Assembly: GCF_009914755.1 (NCBI RefSeq)
Contig: NC_060936.1
Length of the DNA: 64,000 bases
Reading direction: 5' to 3' (one strand)
Origin: the human T2T-CHM13v2.0 reference genome, Homo sapiens
The first letter of the stretch is position 1. Every line of letters starts with the position of its first letter. Positions 31,200-45,100 of the stretch are shown here, piece by piece. Below the pieces are notes generated by a model. The model did no database searches. It was given only the letters and a program-made list of their open reading frames with translations, and had not been told where the DNA came from. Made by a program: the position numbers and the translations under genes.

Positions 31200-31800
31200 T
31201 TATATCTAAATTGTAACCCATCACCTATTTTTTGAGTATGGCCATCTGTTGAACATTATCTAATCATTTGAAATTCAGGATCATTAACCTCGTGTCAGGC
31301 TTTAGGTGTTTTCCAAAAGTCCTATAACATTTCCATATCTGTTCATTCTACCATTCTCCCAAATAACTGCCTTTCTCTCTTCTAACGTCCAATATTTTCT
31401 TCCCCATCTATGTATCCAGATGGTGATTATAATTTTCTCTTTCAATAAAAAAAATCAGAAGAGAAATTCTCTGAATTTCCACCACCACATCCATAAATTT
31501 ATTTCCATGGAGCTCATAACTTCATCTTCCCTCCTGTTCCTTCAGAATGATCTTTCCATTCCCCAGTCTAAGGCCATGCCCTTCACATATGCATCAGATC
31601 CCTCTTGCCTGTTTAAGAACATCCTTTTAGCTATTTTCCCTCTCTCATCCAAATGTTCCACGGTTTCCTTTCTATGCAGTAATTTACAGGAACATGTGAA
31701 CCATTTATTTCATCTTACATGAACCATCTCTTGATTTCACATTCTTCTCTATCAGTATATTTTTTGTTATTTACATAAAATCTGCACCAAAAACACTTTG
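31200..31800. mobile_element. Degraded L2 fragments
   Basis: Pyrimidine-rich, with TCTAAGGCCA...CCCTTCAC...GATCCC motifs resembling L2. Confidence 0.4.
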
Positions 31801-32912
31801 AATAAGTTGTATCAGACACATTCCAATTCAGGACCACCTGCTGCCCCTGTTCTTTATGTATGAGAAATTCCTTTTACTTACAACGGTCCACTTCCACTTT
31901 AAAGGAAAACGTAAATAATTATTGAAGAGACAAAGCCAATTTCCTGTAAAATATACATATTTTTGCCTTCTTAAAATGTAGTCATAAAACAACATGAGCA
32001 TACAACTAAGTGATATCAAAACATAAGATGTATTCAATATTTTGTCCATATTTTGGAAATCAAACTTGAAAATTTTACATTTGGGGGTAAATGTTGTTTT
32101 TCTCTTTTCTTGTATTTTACAACTTTCCCTGGCAAAGGAGGACAAGGCTTTTAAATTTTGTTTTGGGTTGGTGTGCAACTTCCATGCTATTAGGGGAGAT
32201 AATAAAATATTGAAGACTTATCTAGGCATATGTCAACAGATCAACAAAAATCAACTATCTGGATATTTACTCTATAAAGTTTGTTTTTCATTGAAGGTCT
32301 CTTCCCCCCCATAACAAAATAGGGACAACTCTCTTGCTAATTCTGTGGTTTTGACCTCTTAACCTAGTCAGTATACATGAAGAAAAGAATAACAACATGC
32401 AGACCTATGAGAACTGAAGCCCAAAAGATACATCTGGTCATCAGAAGGGAGTGTAGAATGTGCCAATGGCAAATAGTCACACTTACACTATACCATCTGG
32501 TACAGCAGAACTAATGGAGGAAAGAAGAGAGCTAATCTAAAGTAAATGACATATAAGCATGTTGCTGATCCAAATAGAATGAGGTGAAGGATGTCATTCT
32601 TCCACATTAGGTTCAGTTGAATACGGGGGCAGTAACATTGATGATCTGAGTGATGTGAATCACTTTTAAGTCAGAGAGCATTTCAAGTGATCAAAATTTC
32701 AGGAGAAATCAAACATTTGGAGGACATAACTATGCCAAATAATATGAGCCAAGAAACTTGGGGTTTTAGAACAATTTAGCTAGACTTTGAATGCACCGAT
32801 CATCTGGTCAAGTAATGCTTAATAAATATGGAAAAAAAATCAGTAAATTTTTCCAAGGTGATGATGCTCATCACTAGTGGAAAGGCACTCACATAAGAGC
32901 AGTCTTTTGATC

Positions 32913-33440
32913 TGTGCTGGGCCACATTCAAATGGGCTTTGGGCCCAAAATACTTAGTTGCCAAGAGATCAAGGGCCCATGCAGCCTGTGCTGGTTTACC
33001 ACCTTGTGTGGGGTATCTTTTTCTATTTCTGGCTCGGTGAGTGTTTTTTTGGTTTGGCTTAAATGTGTATGGTAATATCCCTCAGGCATGCACACCCCCC
33101 AGCTTTTAGTATTTCAGAATCTGTGGGAGAGGGTCGGGATCCTTCTATTGTGAGGAGGAGAGGGGTACATATAAGCCAATTACCCTGCCTAACTGCAGGG
33201 GGTCAGAGGGGTGTGAGGGATGAGAGTGTGGAGTGCTAGCCACTAGGGACCATGACAAACTCTTGGAGCAGATGTTGCTCTGCCTTTTTTCTGTGAATAA
33301 AGTGTTTTCCTTGGCGACTCTGATACCAAGATGCAGTGGGCAGAAGTGTGTGAACTTCTACTTATGATGGTTGGCACAGTAATGATCTTTGCTACCCCGC
33401 ATGTCATTGAAGCCATCCTCTGGCACTGATAACCAATACA
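32913..33440 (+). mobile_element. ERVL-class solo LTR (LTR41/LTR52-like)
   Basis: TG...CA ends, ACATATAAG near 33168, AATAAA near 33296, then TTTCCTTGGCGACTCTGATACCAAGATGCAGTGGGCAGAAG. Confidence 0.55.
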
Positions 33441-34504
33441 CAGTGTTCTGCTTGACAATAACCATAAAAAAAAAGGCTATCCTTTTTCTCTGGGAAGTAC
33501 AGAAAGGGTTTGTGGAATCCTTGTGACATTTACAGAATTTCTGGCAGCAGGGATTTTTTTTCTTTCCTGGAAATTGTGAGTGTTGGTCCAGCCCCATTCT
33601 GACTCAATTGTAACCATTTTAATTTTCTAAAAAGTGAGATAAAACATGTGAATGTTAAAGTAGGTAATCAGAAACTCCTATGTGACTTAAAAGAGAAACA
33701 TCAAGTAATTTGAAAGAAAGATAAAGTTTGAAGCATTGCCTTGTTAACATTCTATTGACAGTTCTTCCAGTGAACAATTTTATGTTGAGTTTAAGAAATG
33801 AAAGATCAGCTAAAATTATCTGATTCTGCAGTAATAACAGTTCAACCTCAATATTCTCAGAGCTGTATGAGTCAATAAAGGTGTCAAAGGATTGTACAGA
33901 TTTTTGAGTCCAGCAAAAGAAATTGCAACAGAAACCCTCTAGCATTGTAACAGTAATGTTGACATTGATTTAGCATTGGCTTAAGCTTCTTACATGTATA
34001 TAATTATGTATGTTAACATTTCACAAAACTTTACTACAGCCCTAGTATTAGGGCTTTGACAATAAGATTAAGATCATAATCATTATTTTTTCTCTCCTAT
34101 TAGCAACTGACTATTCCTTCCTTGTCTCCTTGCTTTATATTATTAAATTGCCTCTGAACAGTAATCCATTAATCAATAGTAAAATATAATCTTTGCAATT
34201 ACCTTTGCATAAAGCCATGCTAAGCACATTTTGTGCCATGATTTACACATGGCAACAAAAAGATAGCCCTTTAACCATTTCACACCAACCCATTTTAGCA
34301 TCAACTTATTTCTATGGAAGATACTGATTTATGTAAGCAGCACTTGAACACTTTCTTAAATATGATTTTTTCTTACTTTTGCATTTCTCTGTAGAACCAG
34401 ATACATTGCTTATCCAAAGTGGAAGCATTTTAAATATGTGTAGACTAGTCTTACTTTGCTTTTTATTTAATGTAAGTTCATTTAAAAAGTGTTGTACATT
34501 GGCC

Positions 34505-34802
34505 TTTTTTTTTTTTTTTTTTTTTTTTTTGAGACGGAGTCTCGCTCTGTCACCCAGGCTGGAGTACAGTGGCGCAGTCTCGGCTCACTGCAAGCTCCGC
34601 CTCCCGGGTTCACGCCATTCTCCTGCCTCAGCCTCTCCGAGTAGCTGGGACTACAGGCGCCCGCCACCACGCCCGGCTAATTTTTTTTTTATTTTTAGTA
34701 GAGACGGGGTTTCACCGTGGTCTCGATCTCCTGACCTCATGATCCACCCGCCTCGGCCTCCCAAAGTGCTGGGATTACAAGCGTGAGCCACCGCGCCCGG
34801 CC
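34505..34802 (-). mobile_element. AluY carrying the 12-bp left-monomer deletion of the AluYd lineage
   Basis: TTCACCGTG|GTCTCGATC lacks TTAGCCAGGATG. 26-T tail, most CpGs intact, TSD GGCCTTT. Confidence 0.88.
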
Positions 34803-35997
34803 GGCCTTTCTTATGGTAGTGTGTTGGAGTTTTTCTCCATTTCTATTTAAATTGGGTTTATATAACTCACATATGGGGGAATATCATGTTGTTCAGACAA
34901 TGAATTGCTCAAAAGATTTAAAAGGTTATAAAGGCAAATATCTTTCTCTGTACATTAAGGGTTAGATTTGGTGACCATATATAAATGCACATGAAACCCC
35001 TGTAACAACACACAAGCAGATGCTAGAAAATGCTCACACTTATGTTAAAGAGCAGGAAGATTTGATTGTAATATTTTTGAACTTAGAATATATTTAGGTG
35101 TAGATCCCAGTTTTGAACTTGTAAATATGACAATCAATGGCATCTTTTCTAAGTAGTAATTTTGTCTTTCTCTATTTTTGTGTCTGGCAATAATTTTCCC
35201 CTTGCTTTTTATAGTTTCTAAAAATATATCTTGAGATTTTCAAAATACATGAAAGCAAATTCCCAGCCAGTTTTTCACTTGAGCATATTTGCAATGGTGT
35301 TATAATTCTAAAAATAATATTTATGTTATGTTTAATGTATCCTGATTTGAAATTTGTACAAGAGGTTTTAAAACTTTGTGAGTTGTTAGCATATATGATT
35401 ATATAAATTTTAAAAGCTGAAGCCAATGCTAAATAAATGTCAGTGTAGTCGTTAGGAAAAAATGTGATAATTTACATCAGCTAACAAGTCTAAACATTGT
35501 ATTTATATGGTAAAACTTTTAAGCACTTCTCCTAAGAAGACTGGATTCTGTAGCTATATAGTCTGCAGAAGATGGGGCCAAACTAACCTCAAATTAGTGA
35601 AGCTTTGGCAATCTCAAGATCTCAACTTGTACGTGTATAGAAAATTGAACCCAACTAAACCCCAAAAACAACACTACAGTTTGATGCACTTTTCAAAGAA
35701 AAAAAGGTCATCACAAGTTTTTATGCCATATATTTCAATATTTAACACTATCCTCATAGCTATTTCTCAGTCTCGCATTTCTATTAATTCCTTTTGATGG
35801 TGAAGATTTCCTTCTTCAATCCCTAAATCTTGATTACAAGAAAGAGGACTCATTGTTATATCCAAAAAAAAAAAATAGGACAACATAATTATTTAGCTTA
35901 AAAAATAACCTGTACATTCTATTCTCCAAGGCAAAAAAAAAAAAAAATCTGTAGTTACTGTTGCAGTCTTGTTTCATATTTACTTATTTATTCTATA

Positions 35998-36180
35998 GCA
36001 GAGTTTCTCCAGCTTGGTATTATTGATATTCAGAGCCAAATAATTGTTTTTTTGTGGGAGGTGATCCTATGTATTATGATGTTTGGCAGCATCTCTTCCC
36101 TGTTTATTCAAAGATGCCAATAGCACCCAGTTGTGACAATCAAAAATGTCTTCAGATATTGCCAAATGTCACTCAGTAGG
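35998..36180. mobile_element. MER20 (hAT-Charlie)
   Basis: CAGAGTTTCTC...GATGCCAATAGCACC...GTTGTGACAATCAAAAATGTCTTCAGATATTGCCAAATGTC. Confidence 0.8.
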
Positions 36181-36323
36181 CATTGTAAGCCAATGACCTA
36201 CAGGATAGTTTGGGAATTTCAGGGCTTATGGTATTAGAAACATAAAGGGAATGAAAACATAATAAGTTATTTTACAGTGGAAGACATATCCTAAAAAAAA
36301 CAGGAAAATCAGTATGGCAGTTG

Positions 36324-36325
<2 letters not shown>

Positions 36326-36362
<37 letters not shown>
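36326..36362. repeat. (AT)18 microsatellite
   Basis: Perfect dinucleotide run. Confidence 0.97.
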
Positions 36363-36363
<1 letters not shown>

Positions 36364-37559
36364 GTTCATGTGTCCTAAGTAATTGGCATAGGTAATTTGT
36401 TACACAGAGCAGAACTTATGGGGACAAAGTTTGAAGTATCCAGAAATCTGGATATTCCTAGCATGTCACATAGGTTAGGCTTTCTATTTCAGGAAAAAGT
36501 GATGCGGTTTCTTAACCTTAAAAAATGGGACCTCACATTTTATAATTGTTTTGGGGGTTCATGTAAGGTTTGCTGCTGCCTTTAGCTAATTAATATTTTT
36601 ATTTTCATAGTATATGTGCAGTATAGTATGGTATTTTAGTAAAGTATTGATATACTAACATCAGGAAATAAACTCACCTTTGTATCTCATACTCAATTAT
36701 TAGCTTTGAGGTATTTTATTCCGTAAAAATTTTATACTGTATGTTAATATAATTAAAACCATTAAACAATGTAAATAACTACATTCTTATGTTGATGATT
36801 ACAGAAAATTAGTTGATTTAATCTGTTGAAAGACATGAATAACACTATGCTTCCACAACACTGAGTTCCCTTTGCCCTTACAGCTGCAGTTTTAATTATA
36901 GCTTCTGCTCTTATAGTAATAACTATTCATTATTTTCTTCCTGTTTTCTACACTGAATGTCTTTTCTTTGTACCTGAGCCATAAAGGCTCCAGTCTCCAA
37001 AGGTTGACTGTCAATTTAATACATATTAAAGCTGAATTTCTGTCTTAAATTCCTCACCTTAACAGTTAACATTGGAAAAGGTGACATTAAATCAAAGCTC
37101 ACAGATGGTTTCTAATGTGGAGCTCTGCATGTGTATTACATTGTTACTGAGACTTGTATATTTTTTCCTTCTTTCAGTGAGCAGTCATAAAAATTAAATG
37201 CATTTTAATATTATTTCAGACTATCAAGAAAAGCTTTAAAACACACTTTATAGAAAATTTGAAGTTAAAACCAAACTATACTTCATGAAAATATATCTTT
37301 TGGATGACTTCCTGGTCTGTGTCTCCATTATTTTGTTACTAGTCATCTTCTATTTTCCCATGGCATTCTGATATCCAGGACACGTCTTCTTTGCTCCAAG
37401 TATTATGTTGCTTTCCCAATGCCAAGAGTTGGTACTGGGAGCACTATTACGGTTTGCATTCATTTTTTTCTCCCTGCCATGGTTCATTATTGCTCTGCCT
37501 ATTTTAGATTCAAGAGTCAACATTAATATGCCTCAAACACTGCTGGGTGCTTCCACAGA

Positions 37560-37645
37560 TCACCTTGCCTCATCACATCAACCTGTGAGGTGTTTAGTGC
37601 CACTATCATTTTGAAGATGAGGAAACTGAGGCTTAGGATTTTTTT
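37560..37645 (-). mobile_element. MIR core fragment
   Basis: CAACCTGTGAGGT...CATTTTGAAGATGAGGAAACTGAGGCTTAG. Confidence 0.65.
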
Positions 37646-39163
37646 TGAGTCATATGATCATGGACACACAGACATTTCTTCTATGACTTTCAGTGTGACT
37701 CACCCATCTGATAAACTCATCTCTGCTAATGATGTGCACCAAAGAACCAGCATTCCCCTTTTGGTATGCACATTTTTAAGATAATCTTTCAAAATACGAC
37801 GCCCGGATTTTTTTTTTTAACCAAAAGAGGAAAAAACGTGCTTAGATCAAGTGAGAAAAACTCTGTGGTTATGAGAGGTTATGAAGTTATGAGAGATTAA
37901 ATCATAAATCTTCTCTGGGTTTTGATAAAAAGATATGTATAAATACACATATAATGGCATGATGTTAAAGGCAGTTTAAATCATAAAGATGGTTGTGATG
38001 TTTTAAAATAGTGTTTATGGAATTTTAGTTATAATTAATGACATGTTCTTGGAAAAAAAAGTTGAATTCTCAATATGCCAAATCAGCAATGAACTCTGTA
38101 TGAGGCCTAATTAATAAATAATAGTCTTTTTTGTCCTTGACAATTTTTTCCTGGAAAACTCAGCTCTTGGAGGTGCATTATGAAGTATGAATCAATATGA
38201 GAAATGCAATTTTAACTAGAAATGAAGTAAGGACTCTGCCTAGAGGGTAACTTGTCTAAGTTTATTATTCAGATGATAAAAAACCATTTTATTGAGAATA
38301 CCAAAAAAAAAAAAAACCTGGTAAGTCTTTCCCTTAGAATGAATAAAGTATTGATGTTTCTACAAAAGAAATGTAGTAGTAGAAATTTTCATCTTATATG
38401 TTGTTAATTTTATTAAATCAATAAAGTTACTTAGGGGATTTATAGGTTTTTAGGGTATATTCACTACTAGGGTTACAAAATGTCTGAAGTCACAAGTTAT
38501 GGATTTAGGAATCTTGTTTAATAATAAATACTGTTCCTGTTGAGGCACTGTAAGCCCAATGCTTATGGATAAGAAGTAAAAAAAAAAACAAATTCTATTA
38601 TTCAAGGGCATAATATGCATTATGTCAACTATATAAATATTTAGTGATAATGTTCTAAAAGACATCTGAATGGGCTTTTGAATCTTTCTTTGTGTACATG
38701 TATTAGTAACCTTAATCACAGACTACTGAAATGGAGACTGAAACATTCTTTATGAGTAGGACATAATATAAATGACTATAAGAAGAAAACAAAAAAAGTA
38801 TGTCAGAAAGAATGCCAATTCTTTAATTCCTATACTATCCATGTAAACTACTACAAGTCAGAATCTGTCAGAATCCCTTACCGATGAGTATAAAATGAGA
38901 ATAGTAAAATTCATTTTACAGAGTTAGAGTGTGGATAAAGGTTACAGTGGCAATAAAAGTGTAACCCATAGAAAATAGTGTAAAACAGTTAGGCACAAGT
39001 CCAGTGAATTCCATTCCTGTCAGGTGTTTGATCTTTAGGTTAAAAAGTCATCAAAAAATTCAAGGACTTTTGCACAATGGCACAATTTTCCAAGAACTAG
39101 CTGAAATATTGGCAGTTGTACTCAAGTTGCAAATTGGTCTAATCCTGTCAAAGTAAAATCAAG

Positions 39164-42100
39164 TTCTATGAGTTTGACTATTTTAGATACCTCATGCAAG
39201 TAAATTATGTGGTATTTATCCTGTGATTGGCTTATTTCACTTAGCAAAGTGTTCTTCATATTCATCTATGTTGTCACCAATGACAGAATTTCCTTTTACA
39301 ATCTTTTTTCTTTTAATGATACATAATATTTTACATATTATGCGGTACACATATTTGTTACATGCATAGAATGTGTAATGATCAAGTTAGGGTATTTGGA
39401 GTATACATCATCTTGAGAATTTACCATTTTTGTATATTGGTAACATTTCAAGTCCTATCTATCTTTTAGCTACTTTGAAATATACGATATGTTGTTGCTA
39501 ACTGTAGTCCTCCTAATCTGCTAATGAACATTATAACTTTTTTATAATCTAATTATATATTTGTACCCACTCTCCAACCTCTCAAAATTTCCCCCTCCCA
39601 CCCTCATGTGCTTCCCAGCAGTTGGTATCTATCACTCTATCTCTATTAGGTCAAGCTTTTTAGTTCCCACATATGGCTGAGAACGTGCAGTATTAGTCTT
39701 TCTGTGCCTGGCTTAATTTACTTAACATAATGACCTCCAGTTTCATCCACACTGCTGCAAACAACATGATTTCATTCTTTTATTTGGCTAAATTGTATTT
39801 GTAGAAATATAGCCATCTTCTTTATCCACTCATTCATTGGTGGACACAGGTGATTTTATATATCTTTGCTATTGTGAATAGCGCTGCAACAAACATGCGA
39901 GTGCAGGTATTACTTTGATATACTGATTTCATTTCCTGTGGATAAATACCCAGCAGTGGGACAGCTGAATTGAATGGTAGTTCTATTTTTAGTTCTTTGA
40001 GAAATCTCCAGTTTTCCATAGTGGTTCTACTAATTCATGTCCCCACCAACAGTGCATAGGAGTACACTTTCTTTATGTCAATGCCAGTATCTGTCACCTT
40101 TTGCCTTTTTAACTATAGCCATTCTAACTAATGGAAGATGTATCTCATTGTCGTTTTGATTTGCATTTCCCTAATGATTACTGATGCTAAACATCTTTCA
40201 CATGTCTGTTGGCCATTATTTTTTTATATCTTCTTTTGTGGAATGTCTGTTCAAATCCTTGGCCTACTTTTTAATAGGATTTTTTATTATTATTCAGTTT
40301 GTGTTCTTTGTCTATTCTGGATATTAGTCTTTGTCAGATGAAATATTTTTTTCCCTTTCAGCAGGTTGTGTCTTCACTCTGATTCTTTCCTTAGCTGTGA
40401 AGAAGCTTTTTAATTTAATGTAGTCCCATTTGTCTATTTTTGTTTTAGTTGCTTGTGCTTTGGAGGTCTTAGCCATAAAAATCTTTGCTTAGACCAATGT
40501 CATGAAGCGTATGTTTTCCTCTAGTAGTTTTACAGTTTTGAGTGTTCCATTTAAATCTTCAGGCCATCTTGTGTTGATTTTTGCATGTAGTGAAAGTTAG
40601 GGGTCCAGTTTCATTCTTCTACATATGGATTCCCAATTATCCCAATACTATTCATTGAAGAGTATTTTCTTTCCCCACTGTACGTTCTTGGCACCTTTGT
40701 CAAAATTCAGTTGGCTGTAAATATGTGGATTTGTTTCTGTGTTCTCTATTCTGTTCCATTGTTCTATGTGTCTATTTTTCTACTAATATCATGCTGTTTT
40801 GGTTACTGTAGCCTTGAAATACATCTTAAAGTCAGGTAGTGTGATGCTCCCAGCTTTGTTATTTTTGCTCCAGATGGCTTTGGCTATTCTGGTTCATTTT
40901 TGGTTCCATAAAAATTTTTGAATTGTTTTTTCTATTTCTGTGAAAAATGTCTAATATTTTGAGAGAAATTGCAGTGCATCTGTATATTGCTTTGGGCAGT
41001 GTGATCATTTTAATATTACTTCTTCTGATCCATGAAGATGGGTTGTCTTTCCATTTGTTTGCATCATCTTCAATTTCTTTTATCACCGCCTTATAATTTT
41101 TCCTGTAGAGATCTTTTACTTCCTGTGTTAAATTAATGCCTAGGTATTTTTTAAGCTATTGTAAATGGTTTGCCTTCTTGATTTTTTGTCCGTTTCATTA
41201 CTGGTGATTAGAAGTGCTACTAATTTTTGTATGTTGATTTTGTATTCAGGAACTTTACTGGAACAATAAGTTCTAGGTTTTTTGGTAGAACTTTTTGGTT
41301 TTTATAAATATAACTTCGTGTTATTTGTACAGAGACAATTTGACTTCCTCTTTTCCAATTTGGATGCTTTTTATTTCTTTGCTTTTGCCTGATTACTCTG
41401 GCTGGGACTTCCAGTACTATGCTGAATATCAGTAGTGAAAGTGGGCATCCTTGTGTTGTCCCAGTTCTTACAGAAAAGGATTTTAACTTTCCTTATTCTG
41501 AATGATGTTAGCTGTGCATTTGGCATATATGGCCTTTATTATTTTGAGTTATGTCTGTCTATGCCTAGTTTGGGAATTTTTAACATGAAGGGATGTCGAA
41601 TTTTAGCAAATGATTTTTCTGCCTCTATTGAGATGATCCTATGGTTTTTGTCCCTCATGCTGTTGATGTGATGTATATTTATGGATTTGTATACATTAAG
41701 CCAACATTGAATCCCTGATATAAATTCCACTTGATCACAGTGTATTATCTTTTTGATGCGCTGTCAAATTTAGTTGTTAATATTTTGTTGAAGATTTTAG
41801 CATTTATGTTGATTAGGGATATTGGCCTGTAGTTTGTTGTTATTGTTGTTGTTGTTGTATTCTTGTCTTGTTTTGGTATCGATGCTGGTACCACAAAATG
41901 AGTTATGAAGAATCTCCACCTTGTCAATTTTTTGGAGTAGTTTCAGAAAAATTGGTATTGTTCTTTATATATTTAGTAGAATTTGGCAGTGAGTCCATCC
42001 AGTCCTCAGTTTTTCTTTATTGGGAGACATTTTATTATGGATTCACTATCACTACTCATTATTGGTCTGTTCAGGCTTTCTATTTCTTCCTGATTCAATC

Positions 42101-45100
42101 TTGGTAGGTTGCAGGTGTTTAGGAACTTATTCACTTCCTCTAGTTTTTCCACTTTGTTAGCGTATAGTTTTTTATAATGTTCTCTGATGATCTTTTATAT
42201 TTCTGTGGTATTAGTTGTAACATCTTTCTTCATTTCTTAATTTTTTATATCTTTGTTAGTCTAGCTAGTGGTTTATTAATTTTATTTTTTTAAAGAAGCA
42301 ACTTTTCCTTTTATTAATACTTTATATTGATTTTTAGACTCAGTTTAATTTAGTTCTGCTCTGATCTTTATTATTTGTTTCCTTCTGCTAATTGTGGATT
42401 TGGTTTCTTCTTGCTCTTCTAGTATATTAAGGCACATCATTACATTGCTTTTTTGGAAATCTTTCTACTTTTTAAATGTAGATGTTTATTGGTATAAACT
42501 TTCCTCTTGGTATCTCTTTTACTATACCTCAGAGGTTTTGATATGTTGTTTTTTCATTTTAATTTCTTTCAAGAATTTTTTTTTCATTTCCATCTTTATT
42601 TTTCATTGACTCAATGGTCATTCAGGAGTATATTGTTTAAATTTCCATGTATTTGTATATTTTCCAAAGTTACTGTTGGTATTGATTTCTAGTTTTATTC
42701 CACTATAGTTTAGGAAGACACTTTATATAATTTCAATTAAAAAAAAACTTGTTGAGACTTGTGGCTTAACATATGGTCTATCCCAAGGAATATTTCATAA
42801 GAATGTGTATCTCATAAGAATATGTACCTACTGTGCTCATTAGATTGTATATCCACAGTTATTGAATAAAATATACTGTAAATGTTTGTTAAGTCCATTT
42901 GGTCTAAAGTACAGTTTAAATCCAATATTTCTTTATTTTGTCTAGATGATCTGCCTAATTCTGCAAGTGGGATGTTAAAATCCCCCACTATTATTTTATT
43001 GAACTCTAGTAATATTTGCTTTCTGAATAGGCATCTCCAGTGTTGGGTGCATACATATTTATAATTGTTATATCATCTGGCTGAAATTTTTCCTTTATCA
43101 TCATGCCTTATTTGTCTCTTTTTACTGTTTTCAACTTAAAATCTGTTTAAGCTGACATAAGTGTAACTACTCCTGTTTTCTTTGGGTTTCCATTTGCATG
43201 AAATACCTTTCCCATCCCTTTATTTTCAGTCTATATGTGTCTTTAAAGGTAATTTAGATAGCATATGGTTGAATTATATGTTTATTTTTAAATTCCTTCA
43301 GCCAGTGTTCATCTTTTACATGAAGATTTTAACCCATTTTCATTCAAGGTTAACATTAATATGTGGAGTTTTTTCCCTGTCACATTGCTAATTGTTTTCT
43401 CATTGTTTTGTGTAGCCTTTGTTCTTTTCTGTCATTGTTTGACAATTTTCTGTAGTGGTGTCATTTGAGTCCATTTTCTTCCTCATTTATGTGTTTACCA
43501 TTGAGCTTTATACTTTCATATGTTTTATGATTGTAAGTATCATTCTTTTGCTTCCAGGTTTAGCATTTGTTATAGAGCCATTCTAATGGCTATGAACTCT
43601 CTGTTTTCTCTTGTCATGAAAAGACTATTTCTTTTTCCTTTATGAAGGATAATTTTTGCTGGATACCGTATCCTTGGCAAACAGTGTCCTTTCTTTCAGC
43701 ACATTGAACATATTATGCTGTTCTCTCCTGGTCTGAAAGAAGGTTTCTGCTGAGAAATCCATTGTTAATATGACAAGCATTTCTTTTTAGGTCACCAGAA
43801 ACTTTTGCTGTTTTTAAAAGTCTCCCTTTGTCTTTGACTTTAGGCAGTTTGACTACAATGTGGTGTGGAGAAGAGATTTTTGCATTGTATCTGGGGGATC
43901 TTTTGTCACCCTAAATCTGAATGACTAAAACTTTTGCTAAACTTGGAAAATTTTCATCTATTAGTTTGTTAAATAGAATTTTTAACCCTTTAATTCTTTC
44001 TTTGCATACCATGACTCCAATTGAGTATTTCGTCACTATGATTTTCTATAGATCACTTTTTTCTTTATCTTGTTTGACTTATTTCAAAAGACCTGTCTGC
44101 AAATTCTAAGATTCTTTCTTCTACTTGATGTAGTCTATAATTGAAGTTTTTGGTTGTATTTTGTATTTCATTGAACTCTTCAGTTCTAACATTTCTTTTT
44201 TTTAATGATATTTATCTCTTTGGTAAACTTCTCATTCATATCCTGAATATTTTTTTCTAATTTCTTTGCATTTTCAGAATTTTATTGTGTCTCACTAAGC
44301 TTCCTTAGTATGAATATTTTGAATTCTTCTTCCAGAATTTTTTAATGTTATGATTGGGATCTGTTGCTATTGAATCATTGTGTTCCTTTGGAGGTGTCAT
44401 ATTTCCTTGTTTTTTAAAGATATTTCTTATATCCCTACATTGATATTTGTGCAATTTGTCTAACAGTCATTTCTTCCATTTTTTTGAATTGCTTTCATGG
44501 GGAAGAACTTTTTCCTGAAGACGTATTTATAGCATTGGTTGGATAGGGCAATTAGCTTTGATTACAGATGTGTACAGTAGTATAGTTTCTGTATGATTTC
44601 TTTGGCTATAAACGTGTGACTGGTTTCCGTGATTTCTTCTATGGTGTAGGATACAACTATTAGTGAATGCTATGCTGAAGTTTTGTTGGGGACTGGGATT
44701 CCAGGTAGGCCAGTCTTCAGTCCCCAGTGGTGGGCTAAGCATGGCTGACTTTGGGCCCCAGGGAGGTATATGCCAGCACTGGTGTTAGTGGGTCCAGGTA
44801 GGCTAACTCCTGGCCCTTCAAGTGGCTTACTCAGATGCTGGTGGTAGCAGCAGTAGACCTGGGCCCCTCAGCACCCAGCACAAGATAGGTGGTGGCAGTG
44901 GAAGGACAACCTTCTAGGTGCCAAGTAGTGCATGCTGGTATTGGTGGTGACTGTGACGGATGGGCCAGGTTATCGCCATGCTGGCAAGTGGAATGTGCAG
45001 GTAGATGATAGCTGTAGTAGTCACAACAGGGCGGGTAGCACAATTTCACATCTCCAGGAGTAATGTTCAGGTGCCAACACAGGTAGAAGGGCTGGGCCCT

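Noticed and set aside
31306-31722. 138-aa hydrophobic ORF
   Set aside because: F/L/S/I bias reflects pyrimidine-rich, L2-like DNA. GTG start and no splice or domain support.
34379-34786. Alu-derived ORFs (also 217, 3354, 8552, 14198, 17616, 25258, 51398, 52419)
   Set aside because: Well-known spurious translations of Alu sequence ([19 protein letters not shown]).
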